DNA of 62,942 nt, filler included, from Nemertoderma westbladi (taxonomy: Eukaryota > Animalia > Xenacoelomorpha): the NCBI GenBank assembly GCA_032718475.1. It is 3 parts of 3 records of this genome, joined end to end, with 100 filler letters (N's around TTAATTAATTAA, not from the genome) between each part and the next. Parts side by side here need not be neighbours in the genome. Positions count along the whole stretch, not along the records: positions 45,194 to 62,942 come from JAUCBJ010003458.1; 2 more parts are not named here. One strand, 5' to 3'. Under the pieces are notes generated by a model. The model had not been told where the DNA came from, made no database searches, and was given only the letters and a program-made list of their open reading frames with translations. The translations under genes and the position numbers were made by a program. Positions 60,301-62,942 of the stretch are shown here, one piece after another. Every line of letters begins with the position of its first letter. Within the stretch, counting starts at the first letter, position 1.

Positions 60301-62942
60301 ATATAACTAGCCATAGAATACCGTTAACTGCTCGATAACTCCACAGCCAATATAACTAGCCATAGAATACCGTTAACTGCTCGATAACTCCGCGGCCAAT
60401 ATAACTAGCCATAGAATACCGTTAACTGCTCGATTACTCCGCGGCCAATATAACTAGCCATAGAATACCATTAACTGCTCGATAACTCCGCAGCCAATAT
60501 AACTAGCCATATAATACCGTTAACTGCTCGATTACTCCGCGGCCAATATAACTAGCCATAGAATATCATTAACTGCTCGATAACTCCGCAGCCAATATAA
60601 CTAGCCATATAATACCGTTAACTGCTCGATAACTCCGCGGCCAATATAACTAGCCATAGAATACCGTTAACTGCTCGATAACTCCGCAACCAATATAACT
60701 AGCCATAGAATACCGTTAACTGCTCGATAACTCCGCAGCCAATATAACTAGCCATAGAATACCGTTAACTGCTCGATAACTCCGCAACCAATATAACTAG
60801 CCATAGAATACCGTTAACTGATCGATAACTCCGCGGCCAATATAACTAGCCATAGAATACCGTTAACTGCTCGATAACTCCGCAACCAATATAACTAGCC
60901 ATAGAATACCGTTAACTGCTCGATAACTCCGCGGCCAATATAACTAGCCATAGAATACCGTTAACTGCTCGATAACTCCGCGGCCAATATAACTAGCCAT
61001 AGAATACCGTTAACTGCTCGATAACTCCGCGGCCAATATAACTAGCCATAGAATACCGTTAACTGCTCGATAACTCCGCGGCCAATATAACTAGCCATAG
61101 AATACCGTTAACTGCTCGATAACTCCGCAACCAATATAACTAGCCATAGAATACCGTTAACTGCTCGATAACTCCGCAGCCAATATAACTAGCCATAGAA
61201 TACCGTTAACTGTTCGATAACTCCGCAGCCAATATAACTAGCCATAGAATACCGTTAACTGCTCGATAACTCCGCAGCCAATATAACTAGCCATAGAATA
61301 CCGTTAACTGCTCGATAACTCCGCGGCCAATATAACTAGCCATAGAATACCGTTAACTGCTCGATAACTCCGCAGCCAATATAACTAGCCATATAATACC
61401 GTTAACTGTTCGATAACTCCGCAGCCAATATAACTAGCCATAGAATACCGTTAACTGCTCGATAACTCCGTAGCCAATATAACTAGCCATAGAATACCAT
61501 TAACTGCTCGATAACTCCGCGGCCAATATAACTAGCCATAGAATACCGTTAACTGCTCGATAACTCCGCAGCCAATATAACTAGCCATAGAATACCGTTA
61601 ACTGTTCGATAACTCCGCGGCCAATATAACTAGCCATAGAATACCGTTAACTGCTCGATAACTCCGCAGCCAATATAACTAGCCATAGAATACCGTTAAC
61701 TGCTCGATAACTCCGCGGCCAATATAACTAGCCATAGAATACCGTTAACTGCTCGATAACTCCGCAGCCAATATAACTAGCCATAGAATACCATTAACTG
61801 CTCGATAACTCCGCAGCCAATATAACTAGCCATAGAATACCGTTAACTGTTCGATAACTCCGCCGCAGCCAATATAACTAGCCATAGAATACCGTTAACT
61901 GCTCGATAACTCCGCAGCCAATATAACTAGCCATAGAATACCGTTAACTGTTCGATAACTCCGCGGCCAATATAACTAGCCATAGAATACCGTTAACTGC
62001 TCGATAACTCCACAGCCAATATAACTAGCCATAGAATACCGTTAACTGTTCGATAACTCCGCAGCCAATATAACTAGCCATAGAATACCGTTAACTGCTC
62101 GATAACTCCGCGGCCAATATAACTAGCCATAGAATACCGTTAACTGCTCGATAACTCCGCAGCCAATATAACTAGCCATAGAATACCGTTAACTGCTCGA
62201 TAACTCCGCCGCAGCCAATATAACTAGCCATAGAATACCGTTAACTGCTCGATAACTCCGCAGCCAATATAACTAGCCATAGAATACCGTTAACTGTTCG
62301 ATAACTCCGCAGCCAATATAACTAGCCATAGAATACCGTTAACTGCTCGATAACTCCGCGGCCAATATAACTAGCCATAGAATACCGTTAACTGCTCGAT
62401 AACTCCGCAGCCAATATAACTAGCCATAGAATACCGTTAACTGCTCGATAACTCCGCGGCCAATATAACTAGCCATAGAATACCGTTAACTGCTCGATAA
62501 CTCCGCAGCCAATATAACTAGCCATAGAATACCGTTAACTGCTCGATAACTCCGCCGCAGCCAATATAACTAGCCATAGAATACCGTTAACTGCTCGATA
62601 ACTCCGCAGCCAATATAACTAGCCATAGAATACCGTTAACTGTTCGATAACTCCGCAGCCAATATAACTAGCCATAGAATACCGTTAACTGCTCGATAAC
62701 TCCGCAGCCAATATAACTAGCCATAGAATACCGTTAACTGTTCGATAACTCCGCGGCCAATATAACTAGCCATAGAATACCGTTAACTGCTCGATAACTC
62801 CGCAGCCAATATAACTAGCCATAGAATACCGTTAACTGCTCGATAACTCCGCAGCCAATATAACTAGCCATAGAATACCGTTAACTGCTCGATAACTCCA
62901 CGGCCAATATAACTAGCCATAGAATACCGTTAACTGCTCGAT
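48315..62942 (+). repeat. 49-bp satellite DNA, ~295-300 copies, runs off the window end (GCCAATATAACTAGCCATAGAATACCGTTAACTG[C/T]TCGATAACTCCGC[A/G])
   Basis: Period 49 (48315, 48364, ...), very homogeneous. Variants are C/T, A/G, a +CCG 52-bp monomer and rare single substitutions. Confidence 0.99.

Noticed and set aside
48315-62942. CRISPR array or coding repeat
   Set aside because: No spacers and no ORFs in the track; this is a plain satellite.

Overview
AT-rich, repeat-dominated eukaryotic DNA, most likely from an invertebrate animal. It is made of three pieces joined by identical artificial 100-bp linkers (N44-TTAATTAATTAA-N44 at 20353-20452 and 45094-45193), so adjacency across those points is not evidence of real linkage. 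Piece 1 (1-20352) holds minisatellites (40, 38, 12/13 and 19 bp), a tRNA-derived SINE with target-site duplication (TSD), retroelement fragments, and a foldback hAT-like MITE (8-bp TSD) interrupted by a young 5'-truncated LINE. Piece 2 (20453-45093) holds a PHD-APE-RT LINE of the CR1/L2 group, RTE and CRE-like fragments, a possible micro-exon host gene, and a decayed BEL/Pao gag-pol. That element has no visible direct LTR pair; it is bracketed by ~1.2-kb diverged INVERTED repeats and followed by two antisense ORFs, one hiding a triple CCHC zinc knuckle behind a stop codon. This is the most unusual structure in the window. Piece 3 (45194-62942) holds an intronless SLC41-family Mg2+ transporter gene next to a >14.6-kb 49-bp satellite with a 5316-bp internal duplication. 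All family assignments come from motif recognition by eye, not database searches.
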